A DNA stretch of 64,000 nucleotides from Basidiobolus meristosporus CBS 931.73 (taxonomy: Eukaryota > Fungi > Basidiobolomycota): NCBI GenBank assembly GCA_002104905.1, contig MCFE01000508.1, forward strand, positions 950 to 64,949, given 5' to 3'. Below, in pieces: positions 62,430 through 64,000 of the stretch (positions within the stretch are counted from its first letter, which is position 1; each line of letters opens with the position of its first letter). The translations under genes were made by a program, and so were the position numbers. The notes beneath the pieces are model-generated. The model was not told the DNA's origin and made no database searches. It saw nothing but the letters and a program-made list of their open reading frames with translations.

Positions 62430-62779
62430 TGTTGTAAGAGTCTTGGAGATATTGGAAGTGATTTGGAGAACAAGTAGATTATGTGGTTTTCACTTAATGA
62501 TTTATTGAATGTAAAAGTAGTATTTATACTTTTACATGGTCTTGGCATTACAAACACGTAGAATAGGTTAAGGAAGGTCCCAAGAACATGTGTGCAAAGT
62601 TTGGGGCTGTTTGGACAACTTTGAGAATTTTCATGTTCTGGGTACCTGGTATTTTGGTGAAAATATTCTAAGTAAATCCCGACAAGGAATTTGGTCAGTA
62701 TTCTCTAGGATTTGAAGGTGATGATCTAAGTGACTAAGTTAGGTGAATATTTAGGTGGAAAATACGAATTTTTACAACA
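62430..62779 (-). repeat. Copia A 3' LTR (350 bp) of the youngest copy
   Basis: Reverse complement of 546-894, with the PPT complement at 62780-62790. Confidence 0.95.
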
Positions 62780-62790
62780 CTCCCACTCAG

Positions 62791-64000
62791 CTAAATGTTC
62801 ATACTGACTAGTCCTAATTTTGACCTAAGATATTCAAACTTGTCTCTAGCTAATGGTTTTGTAAATATGTCTGCAATCATTTCATCTGTAGGACAGTAAA
62901 CTAATCTAACTAAGTTACTCTCTATAGCTTCACGTATGAAATGATGTCTAATATCTATGTGCTTGGTTCTAGCATGAAAAGTTGGATTTCTACCTAATTG
63001 TATACATCCTTGATTATCTTGAAATAAAGTAATAGGCGTTTTTTGACATAGGCCTAAATCTGTAAAGAGCTTTCTTAACCACATTGCTTCTTTTGTAGCT
63101 TCACAGGCTGCCATATACTCTGCCTCTGTAGTAGAAAGTGCTACGGTTGGTTGCTTTCTTGAATTCCATGAAATTGCTCCTTTACAGTAAAGAAAGGTGT
63201 ATCCTGTGGTGGATCTTCTGTCTTCTAAATTTCGTCCCCAATCAGCATCAGAGTATCCCACAAGATCCTGTTCTGAATCCTTATAAGTGTATCTTAAGCA
63301 GATATCAGCAGTTCCTTTTAGGTATCTAAAAATCCGCTTAACTGCTGCAATATGATCAGATCCATAATTCTGATTATGTTGGCTGACAACTCCCACTGAA
63401 TATGAGATATCTGGACGTGTTCCAAGCATGATATACATCAGACTGCCGACCATAGATTGATAAGGAAAGTCAGGGCTTTCAGATGGCACCAAGCTCTCTT
63501 GATTTGGTTGAGTTTTGACCAAGTTAAGGTTTGTCTCCATTGGGGTAGCTGCCGGTTTGCAGTCTTCCATTTTGTACTTCTTTAGTATATCTTGAATATA
63601 CTTGGATTGGCTTAGGGTAATAGTCTGGGTACTTCTGTCTATGGAGAACTTAATCCCTAAGTAGTAACTAAGTTCTCCTAGATCGGACATCTTGAACTCC
63701 TTAGATAGGCTGGATTTAGTCTCTTCCAATGTTTCTAGGTTATTGGCGGCTATAATAAGATCATCCACATATAGAGCTAATAGAACTGGATTTGCTCTAT
63801 CTGGCTTATAGTATATACTATAGTCAGCATTACTCCTTTTGAAACTCAAAGATTCCAAATAAGAATCTATCTTGCAATTCCAGGCTCTCGGTGATTGTTT
63901 GAGACCATATAGTGACTTTTTAAGCTTGCAGACCAAATGGGGGTTATCTTGGTCAACAAACCCATCAGGCTGGTCCATATACACGTCCTCATCAAGTTCT
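62791..64000 (-). CDS. pol: Copia A pol, RT and RNase H, open to the window edge
   Basis: Uninterrupted frame of at least 397 aa with LYGLKQSPRAW, LYVDDL, GTRPDI, YSDADWG, STTEAEY and ADIFTK intact. Confidence 0.95.
   Translation of the reverse strand, partial: ELDEDVYMDQPDGFVDQDNPHLVCKLKKSLYGLKQSPRAWNCKIDSYLESLSFKRSNADYSIYYKPDRANPVLLALYVDDLIIAANNLETLEETKSSLSKEFKMSDLGELSYYLGIKFSIDRSTQTITLSQSKYIQDILKKYKMEDCKPAATPMETNLNLVKTQPNQESLVPSESPDFPYQSMVGSLMYIMLGTRPDISYSVGVVSQHNQNYGSDHIAAVKRIFRYLKGTADICLRYTYKDSEQDLVGYSDADWGRNLEDRRSTTGYTFLYCKGAISWNSRKQPTVALSTTEAEYMAACEATKEAMWLRKLFTDLGLCQKTPITLFQDNQGCIQLGRNPTFHARTKHIDIRHHFIREAIESNLVRLVYCPTDEMIADIFTKPLARDKFEYLRSKLGLVSMNI

Noticed and set aside
62045-62557. 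170-aa ORF as a gene
   Set aside because: It is a chance fusion of LTR sequence to the interrupted host copia pre-integrase region.
1-64000. Giant palindrome or inverted segmental duplication bounded by the two copia A copies
   Set aside because: Element order and target sites differ between the halves, and only family-level homology is shared.

Overview
The window is entirely a nested transposable-element field from a eukaryotic genome. It looks fungal and is strongly CpG-depleted, and I found no host gene, RNA gene or CRISPR array. Retroelements resolved: two Ty1/copia families and three Ty3/gypsy families (a 1071-bp-LTR family, a 368-bp-LTR family in a shared-LTR tandem, and a chromovirus). 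DNA elements resolved: a CACTA/EnSpm-type transposon in several copies and an unclassified repeat (X). The best novelty candidate is a PIF/Harbinger-IS5-like transposon at 12567-18970, confirmed by an empty-site homolog. It carries a DDE_Tnp_4 transposase and a divergent Myb-like ORF, has foldback MITE partners, and shows an atypical apparent 5-bp Y-A-N-T-A target duplication. Other notable points: LTR elements converge on about 29.5 kb (7/7 plus on the left, 8/9 minus on the right); one gypsy family has CpG-centred 4-bp target sites; the CACTA copies have a head-to-head gene pair with an invariant 116-bp spacer; and a 739-bp RT segment of the chromovirus is cleanly inverted. All comparisons were made by eye, so domain names come from motif recognition rather than database searches. 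Boundaries marked approximate may be off by tens of bases.
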